61,307 bases of DNA. Origin: Candidatus Aminicenantes bacterium RBG_19FT_COMBO_65_30. GTDB taxonomy: Bacteria; Acidobacteriota; Aminicenantia; Aminicenantales; Saccharicenantaceae. Of the stretch, positions 20,136 through 31,435 are shown piece after piece; position 1 is the first letter of the stretch; every line of letters begins with the position of its first letter. Below the pieces are notes generated by a model that was not told the origin of the DNA, made no database searches, and was given only the letters and a program-made list of their open reading frames with translations. Made by a program: the position numbers and the translations under genes. The stretch spans positions 1 through 61,307 of the forward strand of contig MEYF01000076.1 of the NCBI GenBank assembly GCA_001775755.1. The letters run 5' to 3'.

Positions 20136-21614
20136 CGTTCAGACCGAGCCCGGCGGCCAGGCAGCCGAGGATCTCGTGTTCGGAAACGACGCCGGGCGCG
20201 GGCTCTGCGGCCCGGCCGAAGGACTGCCGGAGACCGTCGATGTTGATATATGTTCCTGATTTTTCAGCGGATACAGCAAGGGGAAAGACTATCTCGGCCA
20301 GCCGGTCGAGCGGGCCGGTGTGGGCCGAGAAGAGGAATTTCGAGGGAATCTTGGCCAGGGCCCGGGAAACCGCTTCTTCGGAAAAATGATCGAGGAGATG
20401 GGAGCCGAAGACGAGGAGGACCTCGACCGACGCCGCGAGCGCGTCGAGGTCCGGGAGGCGCGGCGAAAAGCCGGCCTGGAGGACGCCTCGAGCGTTGGGG
20501 ACGCGCTCTTCCGTGAGCAGGAACCCGTCCGCGGCGCCGGGCTTCGGATCGGCGAAAAAGATCTTGTCGAGGCTGAGGCCTTCGGCGAACAACCTCTTTG
20601 CCAGGGTCAGCTCTTCGCGGGTCATGCGGCTGTTCAGGATGACGGCGACCTTGGCGGCGCGCTCGGGACCGGGGACGCTGCGGATCCGGGCCATGACATC
20701 CGCGAGCGCCTTCTGCCAGGAAAGTTCACTCTCCGGTGAGGCGCTCTTTATGACCCGTTCCTGCCTTCCCTCGTCGATGTCGCGTCGGCCGGCCCGGCCG
20801 AAGTCGCAGATCCAATAGCCGTTGACGGCGGGGTTCTCCCCCGCCCGGATGCGGAACACCCGTCGTTCGCCTTCCTCCAGGGGATAACCCGACACCGACT
20901 CGACGATGACGGCGCAGCCGCGGCTGCAGCGCGGGCAGACGGTCGGCCGCTTTTCCAGGAACCAGGCCCGGGTCTTGAACCTGAAATCGGTGTCCGTGAT
21001 GGCCCCGACGGGACAGATATCGACGAGATTCCCCGAATAGTTGTTATCGATCGGGGCGTCGTCGTAGGTTCCGACCTCGGCCCGCACGCCCCGCTCGAAT
21101 ACGCCCAGTTCCCCCGTCCCGGTGACTTTGCGCAAGTAGCGGACGCAGCGCGTACAAAGGATGCACCGCTCGCGGTCGAGGAGAAGGCCCTTACCGATGG
21201 AGATCTTTTTCTGCCTCTTCTCTTTGGCCTCGAGGAACCAGCCCGGAAAAAGCCCGTGACGGTCGTAGTAGTCCTGGAGCTTGCACTCGCCGGCCTTGTC
21301 GCAGATGGGACAGTCGAGGGGATGCTCGGCGAGAAGGAACTCGAGGACGTCCTTGCGGGCCTCGAGTACGGGGGCCGTGGACGTCCGCACGATCATTCCC
21401 TCGCGGACGACGGTCGAGCAGGCCGAATCGAGCTTGGGCAGACCCTCGATCTCGACGAGGCACAGCCGGCAATTGCCCTCGGCCTCGAAGGCCGGATGGT
21501 AGCAGAAATGGGGAATGGAGATGCCCGCCTGCTCGGCGGCCTGGAGGACGTTGGTCCCTTCGGCGGCGCGGACGGTCCGCCCGTCGATCGTGAGGCCGAC
21601 CATCTTGACCTCGC

Positions 21615-21618
<4 letters not shown>
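20113..21618 (-). CDS. nuoG: NADH-quinone oxidoreductase subunit G (short form)
   Basis: N-terminal 2Fe-2S and 4Fe-4S cysteine clusters (CRLCLVEI, CPICDKAGECKLQ, CILCTRCVR) and a truncated molybdopterin-like C-terminal part. Start taken at ATG 21618 (MSEVKMVGLTIDG), which overlaps the nuoF stop. Confidence 0.9.
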
Positions 21619-22854
<1,236 letters not shown>

Positions 22855-22862
<8 letters not shown>

Positions 22863-23337
22863 GCGCCCGGAGCTCCTCGAGAAGGGCGGCCACGCCGTCG
22901 CGGGTCACCGGCCCATGATCGATACCGTCGATCTGAAGGCACGGCGAATGGTCGCAATGGCCCAGACACTCGACCGTGACCAAGGTGATCCGGCCGTCGG
23001 GCGTCGTCCCGTCCGGCCCGACATGAAGTCTCTCTTTCAGGAAGCCGATGATGTCCTCGGCCCCCGCTAGGGTGCAGCTCAGGTTCCGGCAGACCTGGAT
23101 GATCGTCTTCCCCGCGGGCCGGCGGCGGAACATGGTGTAAAACGAGAGGACTTCGCGGATCCGGATCGGCTGGATCCCAAGTTTGGCGGCAACCCAGGTT
23201 TCGGCCTCGGGCGGGACGCAGCCTAACTCATCCTGCACGACGCGCAAGACCGGGAGCAGGGCCGCGGATTTTTCGGGATAGGGGGCGATGATCCCATCGA
23301 TTTTCTTTACGGCCGCGGCGGACGGGGCGTAGCTCAT
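22855..23337 (-). CDS. nuoE: NADH-quinone oxidoreductase subunit E
   Basis: Thioredoxin-like 2Fe-2S subunit (CRNLSC...CLGHCDHSPC). 160 aa. Confidence 0.93.
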
Positions 23338-24662
23338 CGGTCGAGCTCCCCCCCGATCATGTTCATCGACCCGAAGGTCGGGATGACGTCGGCGATGAGA
23401 CGGCCCTTGATCAGCTGTTCGAGCGCGGCGACGATATGGAAGCAGGGCGCCCGGAGGTGCAGCCGGTAAGGCCGGTCCGTCCCGTCCGAGACGATGTAGA
23501 AGCCGACCTCGCCGTTGCCGCCCTCGACCGAAAAATAGACGTCCCCCTTGGGCGGCCGGATGCCCTTTCCGCTCATGAAAAAGAGGAAGTGGCCGATGAG
23601 GCCTTCCATCGTCGTGTAGGTGTCTTCCTTCGGAGGAACGCCGACCCGCCCATCCGAGGTCATCAGGCCGCCGAGGCGCTCCTTCTCCGATCCTTCGAGG
23701 TTGGGCGAGAGATGGACGCGTTCGTCCGGCCGTTGCCGCCGCGACCGCCGGATGGCCTCGGCCGGTTCGAGCCCCAGGCTGCCGGTCAAAGGCGCCGCGT
23801 CGGGAATGAGCGCGGCGACCTGCTCAAGAAGCCTGAGGCTCTGCCCCATCTCCCTCATGCGGACGCTATAGCGGTCGTAGTTGTCGCCGAACTCGCCGAC
23901 GGGGACCTCGAACGCGAGCCGGTCGTAGACGAGATAGGGGCTGGCCTTGCGAACGTCGTAGGGGATGCCCGTCGACCTCAAGCAGGGCCCGGTCCAGCCG
24001 TAGGACAGGGCGTCCTCTTTCGAGATGACGCCGACGCCACGGGTCCGGCCCAGGAAGATGCTGTTCTCGTCCAGCAGGCCGGAGACGTCTTTGAGGACCT
24101 TGCGCGTTTCGCGGACGGCCGTGGCCAGCGACCCGCGCCAGTCCGGGTGGAGGTCGGCCCGGACGCCGCCGATGCGGATATAAGAGGTCGTCATCCGGGC
24201 CCCCGCCGTGAACTCGATCGTGTCCCAAAGGAACTCCCTGGCCTTCATCATGTAGAGGAAGACGGTGAAAGCGCCGCACTCCATGGCCATGGCGGCGAGG
24301 CAGGTCAGATGGTCCGAGACGCGGGAGAGCTCGCTCATCAGGACGCGGATGAGCTGGGCCCGTTCGGGGACGCCGACGCCCAGCATTTTCTCCATGGTCA
24401 TGGCGTAGCCCAGGTTGTTGATGAGCGGCGAGACGTAGTTGAGCCGGTCGGTGTAGGGCAGGAGGTTGAAAAAGGTTTTGTTCTCGCAGGTCTTCTCGAA
24501 ACCGCGGTGGAGGTAGCCGACCTCGACTTCGGCGTTGAGGATCCTCTCCGCGTCGAGCTCGAGCATGATGCGGATCGTGCCGTGCATGGCCGGATGGGAC
24601 GGTCCCATGTTGATGAGCATGCTCTCCGGCCGGGCGTCGCGCTGGATCCGCGGGGTCTCCAT
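23334..24662 (-). CDS. nuoD: NADH-quinone oxidoreductase subunit D
   Basis: NuoD/49-kDa motifs (GPSHPAMHGT, YLHRGFEK, RAPCFHI). At 442 aa it appears to carry an internal insertion of about 40 aa (see findings). Confidence 0.95.
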   Translation of the reverse strand: METPRIQRDARPESMLINMGPSHPAMHGTIRIMLELDAERILNAEVEVGYLHRGFEKTCENKTFFNLLPYTDRLNYVSPLINNLGYAMTMEKMLGVGVPERAQLIRVLMSELSRVSDHLTCLAAMAMECGAFTVFLYMMKAREFLWDTIEFTAGARMTTSYIRIGGVRADLHPDWRGSLATAVRETRKVLKDVSGLLDENSIFLGRTRGVGVISKEDALSYGWTGPCLRSTGIPYDVRKASPYLVYDRLAFEVPVGEFGDNYDRYSVRMREMGQSLRLLEQVAALIPDAAPLTGSLGLEPAEAIRRSRRQRPDERVHLSPNLEGSEKERLGGLMTSDGRVGVPPKEDTYTTMEGLIGHFLFFMSGKGIRPPKGDVYFSVEGGNGEVGFYIVSDGTDRPYRLHLRAPCFHIVAALEQLIKGRLIADVIPTFGSMNMIGGELDR

Positions 24663-24663
24663 C

Positions 24664-25149
24664 TCAGGCCTTGTCCTTCATCGGGATGCGCGGCTGGGCC
24701 AGGCGCCAGGGATAGGACTTGCGCAGGGGATGGCCTTCGAATCCCTCGTAGGTCAGGAGGCGGCGGAGATAGGGATGGCCGTCGAAGCGGACGCCGAACA
24801 TGTCGAAGACCTCGCGCTCGAGCCAGTCGGCGTTTTTCCAGAGTCCGTTGAGGGAATCGACCGCGGGGTCCGCGGCGGGCACGGACACCTTGAGCCGCAG
24901 ACGGGTGTTCCGCGACATGGAATAGAGATGATAGACGAGCTCGAATCGCCCCTCCCCCGCCGCGTAGTCGACGCAGGTCAGGTCGAGGAGGACGGCGTAA
25001 TCGAAGGGCCCCTCCCGGAGGGCGGCCATCGCCGAACGCAAGGATCCGGGCCGGACGGTGAGGACCTGGTCGCCGAGGGATTCCGAGACGCTCTCGACCG
25101 CCGCGGCGAGCTTCGTCCGGATGGCCTCGATCAGGGTTTCGTTCCCCAT
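24664..25149 (-). CDS. nuoC: NADH-quinone oxidoreductase subunit C
   Basis: Start at the internal ATG 25149 ([14 protein letters not shown]). NuoC/30-kDa motif [16 protein letters not shown]. The upstream part of the listed ORF is an out-of-frame read through nuoB. Confidence 0.9.
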   Translation of the reverse strand: MGNETLIEAIRTKLAAAVESVSESLGDQVLTVRPGSLRSAMAALREGPFDYAVLLDLTCVDYAAGEGRFELVYHLYSMSRNTRLRLKVSVPAADPAVDSLNGLWKNADWLEREVFDMFGVRFDGHPYLRRLLTYEGFEGHPLRKSYPWRLAQPRIPMKDKA

Positions 25150-25607
25150 CTCCAATCCTGTTTCTGGTGCTGGATCTTGTCCTGGAGCTTCAGGAGGCCG
25201 TCGAGGACCATCTCCGGCCGCGGCGGGCAGCCGGGGATATAGACGTCGACCGGGACGATCCGGTCGATGCCCTGGACGACGGCGTAGTTCTGGTAGATGC
25301 CGCCGCTCACGGCGCAGGCGCCGAAGGCGATGACCCACTTGGGCTCGAGCATCTGGTCGTAAACCGTCCTGAGAACGGGCGCGAGCTTGTGGGTGACGGT
25401 GCCGACGACGAGAAGGAGGTCGGCCTGGCGCGGCGAGAAGCGGGTCAGGCCGGCGCCGAACCGGTCGATGTCGAAGTGGGCGCAGGCCGCCGACATGTAC
25501 TCCATGCCGCAGCAGGCGGTGATGAACGGATAATGGAAAAGGGAGAATTTCCGGCCCCAGCCGAGAGCCGTCTCGAGGCGCGTCGTGAGGAAGTCGAGGC
25601 CGCTCAT
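25131..25607 (-). CDS. nuoB: NADH-quinone oxidoreductase subunit B
   Basis: Start at the internal ATG 25607 ([12 protein letters not shown]), which overlaps the nuoA stop. Cluster N2 motifs [14 protein letters not shown] and GCPPRP. Confidence 0.93.
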   Translation of the reverse strand: MSGLDFLTTRLETALGWGRKFSLFHYPFITACCGMEYMSAACAHFDIDRFGAGLTRFSPRQADLLLVVGTVTHKLAPVLRTVYDQMLEPKWVIAFGACAVSGGIYQNYAVVQGIDRIVPVDVYIPGCPPRPEMVLDGLLKLQDKIQHQKQDWRWGTKP

Positions 25608-25948
25608 GACCAGCGGAAGATCCCTTTCTTCCAGGCGTAGACGAACCCCAGGCCGAGGACCAGGACGAACGCGCCTAGCGCGGCGAACGCGCCGAAGCCA
25701 CGGCCCCGGAAGGCGAGCGCCAAGGGATAGAAGAAGAGGACCTCGACGTCGAGGAGAAGGAAGAGCAAGGCCACGAGGAAAAAGGGGATATTGACGGGGC
25801 CTATGCCGGATTGGAGCGGCGGGCTGCCGCATTCGAAGGGTTTTTCGCGGGCCGGGTTGGGCCGTCTCGGCCCGAGGACGAAGTTCATGAGGATCATGAC
25901 GGCGGAGAGAATGCCGAAAACGAGAAAGGATAGCGCGATCTCTAGCAT
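25604..25948 (-). CDS. nuoA: NADH-quinone oxidoreductase subunit A
   Basis: 114 aa with three TM helices and the NuoA/ND3 motif KPFECG. Confidence 0.9.
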   Translation of the reverse strand: MLEIALSFLVFGILSAVMILMNFVLGPRRPNPAREKPFECGSPPLQSGIGPVNIPFFLVALLFLLLDVEVLFFYPLALAFRGRGFGAFAALGAFVLVLGLGFVYAWKKGIFRWS

Positions 25949-25994
25949 GACGCCTCGAAGGCCGCGACGATTGTATAGAATCGCCGGAGATATT

Positions 25995-27392
25995 TCAATT
26001 GAGGATGTGTAGGGCCTCGTTGTTGGCCTTGAGGGCGGCCTCGCCGATCGCCTCGGACAGCGTCGGGTGGATGTAGATGATGCTGTCCAGGTCCTTGAGC
26101 GTCATCCCCTTGGCCACGGCCATGGTCAGGACCGGGATCATTTCGGATGCCCCCGGGGCGACGATGTGGGCCCCGACGAGCCGGTCGCCTTCGTCGGCGA
26201 CGAGCTTGACCACGCCGTACAAGGCGTCCATGGTCATGGCCCGGCCGCTCGCCTGGAGCGGGAAGACCCCCGCCTTGACCTTGATGCCTTTAGCGACGGC
26301 TTCTTCCTGAGTCAGCCCGACCGAGGCGAACTCCGGCTCGGTGAAGACGGCCGATGGCAGGGCCGCGTAATCGACGGTCCGGCTCATCCCGCAGGCGTTC
26401 TCGACGGCGATGATGGCATCATGGTAGGCCTTGTGGGCCAAGAGCTTGCCGCCGATGACGTCACCGACGGCATAGATGCCGGGCACGTTCGTCTCGAGCG
26501 CGGTGTTGACCTTGATGAAATCCCGGTCCATGTCCAGGAACGGCGGGCCTTCGAAGAGGTCGGCCGTGTTGGGCTTCCGTCCGGCGGAGAGGAGGACTTT
26601 TTCGGCCCGGTATACGAAAGGCGCATCGGTCTTGAGGCAGAGGCCTTTTAGCGTGACCGCGCCTTCTTCTAGGACAGCTTCGTCGATCCTCATCTCGGTC
26701 GAGATCTTCAAGCCCTGTTTCTTGAGGGCGCGCTCCAGCCTCGTGACCGATTCGCGGTCAGCCCCGGGCAGGATCTGGGGCAGGATCTCGAGGACGGTGA
26801 CGTCCGTCCCCAGCCGCCGGTAGATCGAGCCCATCTCGAGCCCGATGGCTCCGGCCCCGATGACGAGCAGGCTCTTGGGCACCTTAGGCAGCTCGAGCGC
26901 TTCGGTACTCGTGATCACGTTCCGGCCGTCCGGCTTGAGGAAGGGCAGGCTGGCCGCCCGGCTGCCCGTGGCCACGATGACCTTGTCCGCCTCGAATACT
27001 CTCTCCCCTTCCGCCGTCCGGACGACAACGGACCTGTCCGCCCTCAGCCGGGCCGGCGCCTTGACGATCTCGACCTTCCCCTTCTCGAGGAGGAAGACGA
27101 GCCCCTTGACGAGCTGATCGACGACGGCCTGCCGGCCCTGCTGGACCTTGGCCCAGTTCAGCCGGACCTCTCCGACCGGTCCCTCGAGCGTCTTCGTCCC
27201 GCCGACCTCTTTGAGGATCTTGGTCTGGTGGAGGAGGTACTTGGCCGGGATACAGCCGTAGTTGATGCACGTCCCGCCGATGCGGTCCTCTTCGACGAGC
27301 GTGATCCGCATCTTGAGCTGGGCCCCGCGCATCGCGGCCAGGTAGCCGCCCGGGCCGCCGCCGATGATGACGATGTCACTTTTTTCGGCCAT
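25995..27392 (-). CDS. lpd: dihydrolipoyl dehydrogenase
   Basis: Start at ATG 27392 (MAEKSDIVIIGGGPGGY). Redox-active disulfide GGTCINYGCIPAK and the C-terminal interface motif HPTLSE. The listed 1098-aa ORF is a chimera with an out-of-frame read across cstA. Confidence 0.95.
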   Translation of the reverse strand: MAEKSDIVIIGGGPGGYLAAMRGAQLKMRITLVEEDRIGGTCINYGCIPAKYLLHQTKILKEVGGTKTLEGPVGEVRLNWAKVQQGRQAVVDQLVKGLVFLLEKGKVEIVKAPARLRADRSVVVRTAEGERVFEADKVIVATGSRAASLPFLKPDGRNVITSTEALELPKVPKSLLVIGAGAIGLEMGSIYRRLGTDVTVLEILPQILPGADRESVTRLERALKKQGLKISTEMRIDEAVLEEGAVTLKGLCLKTDAPFVYRAEKVLLSAGRKPNTADLFEGPPFLDMDRDFIKVNTALETNVPGIYAVGDVIGGKLLAHKAYHDAIIAVENACGMSRTVDYAALPSAVFTEPEFASVGLTQEEAVAKGIKVKAGVFPLQASGRAMTMDALYGVVKLVADEGDRLVGAHIVAPGASEMIPVLTMAVAKGMTLKDLDSIIYIHPTLSEAIGEAALKANNEALHILN

Positions 27393-27403
27393 GGGTATCC
27401 CTT

Positions 27404-29158
27404 TCAGACAGCCGCCGGCATTTCGCCCGGCCCGCCCCGCTTTTTCAGGAACGTTTTCACGGAAATGGCGATAACGCCAGCGGACAGGGCGAAGAGGACG
27501 ACGTCCGCGGCAATGAGAATGTAGTTCCCTTTCTTGACATAGCCCACGAGCAGGATGCCCAGCGAGACGAGTGTCGTCACCACCATAAACACCGCCGGGA
27601 CGAGCGTATACCAGTTCCGCCGCCGGCGCAGGAGAAGCCAGGCCGAGACGGTCAGCAGGGCCATTGCGGCCAGGAGCTGGTTGGCCGTGCCGAAGATGGG
27701 CCAGAGGGCGCTGAAGGCGTTCGAATAGGCCAGGACCCACATCAGGACGACCGACAGCCCCGAATTGAACCAGTAGCGCCGCAGGAGGCGCGGCACCTTC
27801 TTGAGGACGATCGACCACATCTCCTCGAAGAGATAGCGGCTGAGCCGGACGGCCGAGTCGAGTGTCGTGATGACGAACCCTTCGACGAGAAGGATGCCGA
27901 AGACCGTGCCCAGGGAGACGGGGATGCCCAGGCCCTGGTGGAAGAGACGGCCGGCGGCCAGCGAGAACCCCAGGATGGGATTGGACCGCACGGCCGGATC
28001 GGCCGGCCAGACGATGGCCTTGTAGTCGGAGAAGGCCATGACCGCCCCGAGGGCAAGGAGCACACAGACCGCCAGGAGCGATTCGAGCAGCATGGCGTTG
28101 TAGCCGACGCGGCGGGCATCCGTTTCTTTCGCCAGTTGCTTGCAGGTCGTCCCCCCAGAAACAAGGGAGTGGAAGCCCGAGATGGCCCCGCAGGCGATGG
28201 TGATGAACATCATCGGCCAAATGAGGCCCAGGTTCGCCGCGCCCTCGGCCAGATTGAACCGGGGCATGGTCACCGTGAGGCCCTGGAAACCACAGCTGAA
28301 GAGCGAGACGATCATCAGGCCGATGCCGGCGAAGAGGATCTGGACGTTGATGAAGTCGCGCGGCTGGAGGACGAGCCAGACGGGCACGCCCGCCGCGACG
28401 AGCACGTAGATCGAGATGATGATCATCCAGGTCGTGGGAGCCAGGGTCACCGGGTAGGCGATGCCCAGGAAGACGGAGGCGACGCAGATCGCGACGGCCA
28501 GGCCGTAGGCGAACGCGGCCTTGAGGTTCTTTTTGTAGAGGAGGAAGCCGAGAAACGGCGAACATAGCGTGATGAAGATGACCGAGGTCGAGGCGATGCC
28601 GCCGATACGGCCCATGACGACGCCTTCCCGGACGACCGTTTTGAGGAAGGTCTCCCCTTCCCGGACCCCGATCTTGGCCAACGGCCAGAGCGAGGTCAGC
28701 GAGATCGCCGTCGCGCTGAGGAAGGAGGACGTGACGAGCACGATCATGACGATGGTGAAGGCGATGACCAGGTTGAAGCCGGCCGGCCCGAGAGTCTTGC
28801 GGGCGACCTCGGCCATGGACTTGCCGCCCTCGCGCATGCTGACGAAGAGCGCCGTGTAGTCGTGGACGGCCCCGATGAAGACGCCGCCCAGGACGACCCA
28901 GAGCCAGGCCGGGACGAAGCCGTAGAGGATGGCCATGGTCGGGCCGAGAATGGGCCCGGCGCCGGCGATGGTCGCGAAGTGGTGGGCGAAGACGATGTAG
29001 CGCTTGGTGGGGACATAGTCGCGGCCATCGCATTGGCAGACGGCGGGCGTCGGGCGGTCGGGGTCCTCGCCCAAGTTCCGAGCGATGTAGCGCGAATAGA
29101 AGCGGCCGGCGACGGCGAACACGGCCGCGGCGGCGAGCAGGGCGACGAGAACGTTCAT
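27404..29158 (-). CDS. cstA: carbon starvation protein A (CstA-family peptide/pyruvate transporter)
   Basis: 584-aa polytopic membrane protein with a CstA N-terminal signature (RYIVFAHHFATIAGAGPILGP). Confidence 0.9.
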   Translation of the reverse strand: MNVLVALLAAAAVFAVAGRFYSRYIARNLGEDPDRPTPAVCQCDGRDYVPTKRYIVFAHHFATIAGAGPILGPTMAILYGFVPAWLWVVLGGVFIGAVHDYTALFVSMREGGKSMAEVARKTLGPAGFNLVIAFTIVMIVLVTSSFLSATAISLTSLWPLAKIGVREGETFLKTVVREGVVMGRIGGIASTSVIFITLCSPFLGFLLYKKNLKAAFAYGLAVAICVASVFLGIAYPVTLAPTTWMIIISIYVLVAAGVPVWLVLQPRDFINVQILFAGIGLMIVSLFSCGFQGLTVTMPRFNLAEGAANLGLIWPMMFITIACGAISGFHSLVSGGTTCKQLAKETDARRVGYNAMLLESLLAVCVLLALGAVMAFSDYKAIVWPADPAVRSNPILGFSLAAGRLFHQGLGIPVSLGTVFGILLVEGFVITTLDSAVRLSRYLFEEMWSIVLKKVPRLLRRYWFNSGLSVVLMWVLAYSNAFSALWPIFGTANQLLAAMALLTVSAWLLLRRRRNWYTLVPAVFMVVTTLVSLGILLVGYVKKGNYILIAADVVLFALSAGVIAISVKTFLKKRGGPGEMPAAV

Positions 29159-29251
29159 GAACCGCTCCTCGGCCGGGCGACGGCCCCGCGCCGAATAAAT
29201 CTAAATAGCACAGCCGGCCCGATGTGTCAAAACGCGGCCTCCCCGGTTTTC

Positions 29252-29280
29252 TTGACAGCCGCGGGCCAAATCGGTAAAAA
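29252..29280 (+). promoter_or_regulatory. candidate sigma-70 promoter for the Fe-S oxidoreductase gene
   Basis: TTGACA - 17 nt - TAAAAA. It is followed by the AAGGAG RBS and the ATG at 29312. Confidence 0.5.
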
Positions 29281-29311
29281 GAGGGCGGCAACGCAAAAAA
29301 GGAGACCCGGT

Positions 29312-31324
29312 ATGCTGACGACCTGGGAAAAACTCTTGTTCGTCCTTCTCATCCTGGCCACGGCGGCGGCTTTTCTCATTCCCATCGTCCGCAGGCTCAG
29401 GATCATCCTGGCGGGCGCGGCCGAGGACCGGTTCAAGGACCTCTGGAAGAGGTTCCGCCACGCCCTGGTCAAGGTCTTCTTCCAACGCTGCACGCTCCGC
29501 AGCGAGCGCTTCTTCACCGGCCTGATGCACGTCGGCATCTTCTACGGCGCCCTGTCCTTCGATACGATGACGGTCAGCCACACGCTCGAGGGCTTCATCG
29601 ACGGATTCTATCTCTTCGGCAGGTCCAACTTCGGCCTCTTCTTCTCTCTCGTCATCGACGTCGCCGCGTTCACGGTCATGGCCGGCGTCATTTTCCTCGC
29701 CTTCCGGAGGTTCGTCATCCGGCCCAAGGCCTACGCCACGACGCCGGGTGATTCGGCCATCATCTATCTCCTCATCACCCTGGCCACGGCGACCTACCTC
29801 TATTTTGAGGGCTTCTCCATCGCTCACCACCCCGAAACGGCCCGACTGTCGTTCCTCGGCTCGTGGATCGCGGACGCGATCGGCAGGTCGGGCCTGAGCG
29901 CCGAGGCCATCGCCACGCACTTCAGGATGGCCTGGTGGGCCCACGTCGTCGCCGTCTACGGCTTCATCGCCTACGTCCCCCACTCCAAGTACCTCCATAT
30001 GTTCGCCGGCCCCTTCAACGTTTTCTTCCGGCGCTCGACGCCGAGCGGCGAGCTCGAAGCCGTCGACCTCGAGAAGTCCGAGGTCTATGGCGTCGAGAAG
30101 GCCGCGGACTTCACCTGGAAGGACAACCTCGACGCTTTCGCCTGTATGGAGTGCGGCCGCTGCCAGGACGCCTGCCCGGCTTTCGCCAGCGACAAGCCCC
30201 TCTCCCCCAAGATGATCATGTTCAACATGGAGAAGGCGCTCCTCGCCGGCAACAAGGCGCTGACGGCCAAAAGGCGGGACGACCTCAAGGAGCTCGTCCC
30301 CGGGACCTTCACCGAAGGAGAGATCTGGACCTGCACGACCTGCGGCGCCTGCCAGAAGGAATGCCCGGTCGAGATCGAGCACATTCGCAAGATCGTCGGC
30401 GCGCGTCGCAGCCAGGTCCTCGTGCAGAGCAAGTTCCCCCAGGAGCTCAACGCCTTCTTCCGCAACATGGAGACCAATTCCAACCCCTGGGGCATCGGCT
30501 TTTCCAAGCGCGCCGAGTGGGGCGAGACGCTCGAGGTCAAGCACATCAAGGATGTCCCCGATGCCGAATACCTCTTCTGGGTCGGCTGCATGGGCGCTTT
30601 CGACGACGCCGGGAAAGGGATCGCCGGGTCGCTCGTCAAGATCCTCCGCGCGGCCGGGATCAAGTTCGGGACGCTGGGGGCCGAAGAAAAATGCTGCGGC
30701 GATTCGGCCCGTCGGCTGGGTAACGAGTACCTCTTCCAGAGCCTGGCCCAGGAGAATATCGCCCTCCTCAAGACTTACGGCATCAAGAAGATCGTCACCA
30801 TCTGCCCCCACGGCTACAACACGCTCAAGCATGAATATCCGAAGCTCCTCGATTTCGTCCCGGGCCTAACGGCGGAGGACAAGGCCAAGCTCCAGGCGAT
30901 CGAAGTCGTTTCCCACACGGAACTCATCTACAACATGATCGGCGCGGACAGGATCGCCCCAAAAGCGAAGGACTCCGAAAATTACACGTTCCACGACCCC
31001 TGTTACCTCGGCCGGCACAACGGCCTGACCAAGGAGCCGAGGGCCGTCCTGTGCTCGGCTCTCGGCGGCAAAGCGAAAGAGCTCGAGCGTCACGGCGATG
31101 ACAGCTTCTGCTGCGGCGCCGGCGGCGGGCTGATGTGGACCGAGGAATCGCTCGGTCAGCGGATCAATCACCTGCGGACGGACGAGGTCATCGCCTCGGG
31201 CACGGAGCTCGCGGCGGCCGCCTGCCCCTTCTGCCTGACCATGCTCCGCGACGGCCTTAAGGACAAGGGCCGCGAGGACATCAAGGTCAAGGACATCGCC
31301 CAGATCGTCGCGGAGAGCCTCTAG
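29312..31324 (+). CDS. membrane-bound (Fe-S)-binding oxidoreductase: cytochrome-b-like (NarI/DsrM-like) TM domain fused to an HdrD/GlpC-like domain
   Basis: Start at ATG 29312 (MLTTWEKLLFVLLILATAAAF). About 5 TM helices at the N-terminus carry conserved His residues. Two 4Fe-4S motifs follow (CMECGRCQDACP and CTTCGACQKECP), then two CCG-type Cys-rich domains (CCGDSARR and CCGAGGG). Confidence 0.85.
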   Translation: MLTTWEKLLFVLLILATAAAFLIPIVRRLRIILAGAAEDRFKDLWKRFRHALVKVFFQRCTLRSERFFTGLMHVGIFYGALSFDTMTVSHTLEGFIDGFYLFGRSNFGLFFSLVIDVAAFTVMAGVIFLAFRRFVIRPKAYATTPGDSAIIYLLITLATATYLYFEGFSIAHHPETARLSFLGSWIADAIGRSGLSAEAIATHFRMAWWAHVVAVYGFIAYVPHSKYLHMFAGPFNVFFRRSTPSGELEAVDLEKSEVYGVEKAADFTWKDNLDAFACMECGRCQDACPAFASDKPLSPKMIMFNMEKALLAGNKALTAKRRDDLKELVPGTFTEGEIWTCTTCGACQKECPVEIEHIRKIVGARRSQVLVQSKFPQELNAFFRNMETNSNPWGIGFSKRAEWGETLEVKHIKDVPDAEYLFWVGCMGAFDDAGKGIAGSLVKILRAAGIKFGTLGAEEKCCGDSARRLGNEYLFQSLAQENIALLKTYGIKKIVTICPHGYNTLKHEYPKLLDFVPGLTAEDKAKLQAIEVVSHTELIYNMIGADRIAPKAKDSENYTFHDPCYLGRHNGLTKEPRAVLCSALGGKAKELERHGDDSFCCGAGGGLMWTEESLGQRINHLRTDEVIASGTELAAAACPFCLTMLRDGLKDKGREDIKVKDIAQIVAESL

Positions 31325-31435
31325 AACTTCAGCGAAAATTTATGCGGTTACCGCGCCGCGGATTCCCGCCGCCGACATCCCCGGCAGCAGGATCTTCAGC
31401 GCAAAATCTTCGGTCACCCCGGACGGGACATCAAC

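Noticed and set aside
25995-29291. 1098-aa ORF that looks like a giant fusion protein.
   Set aside because: Only the C-terminal 465 aa (from MAEKSDIVIIGGGPGGY at 27392) is real, and that part is Lpd. The rest is an out-of-frame read across cstA (27404-29158), which has its own clear 584-aa frame.
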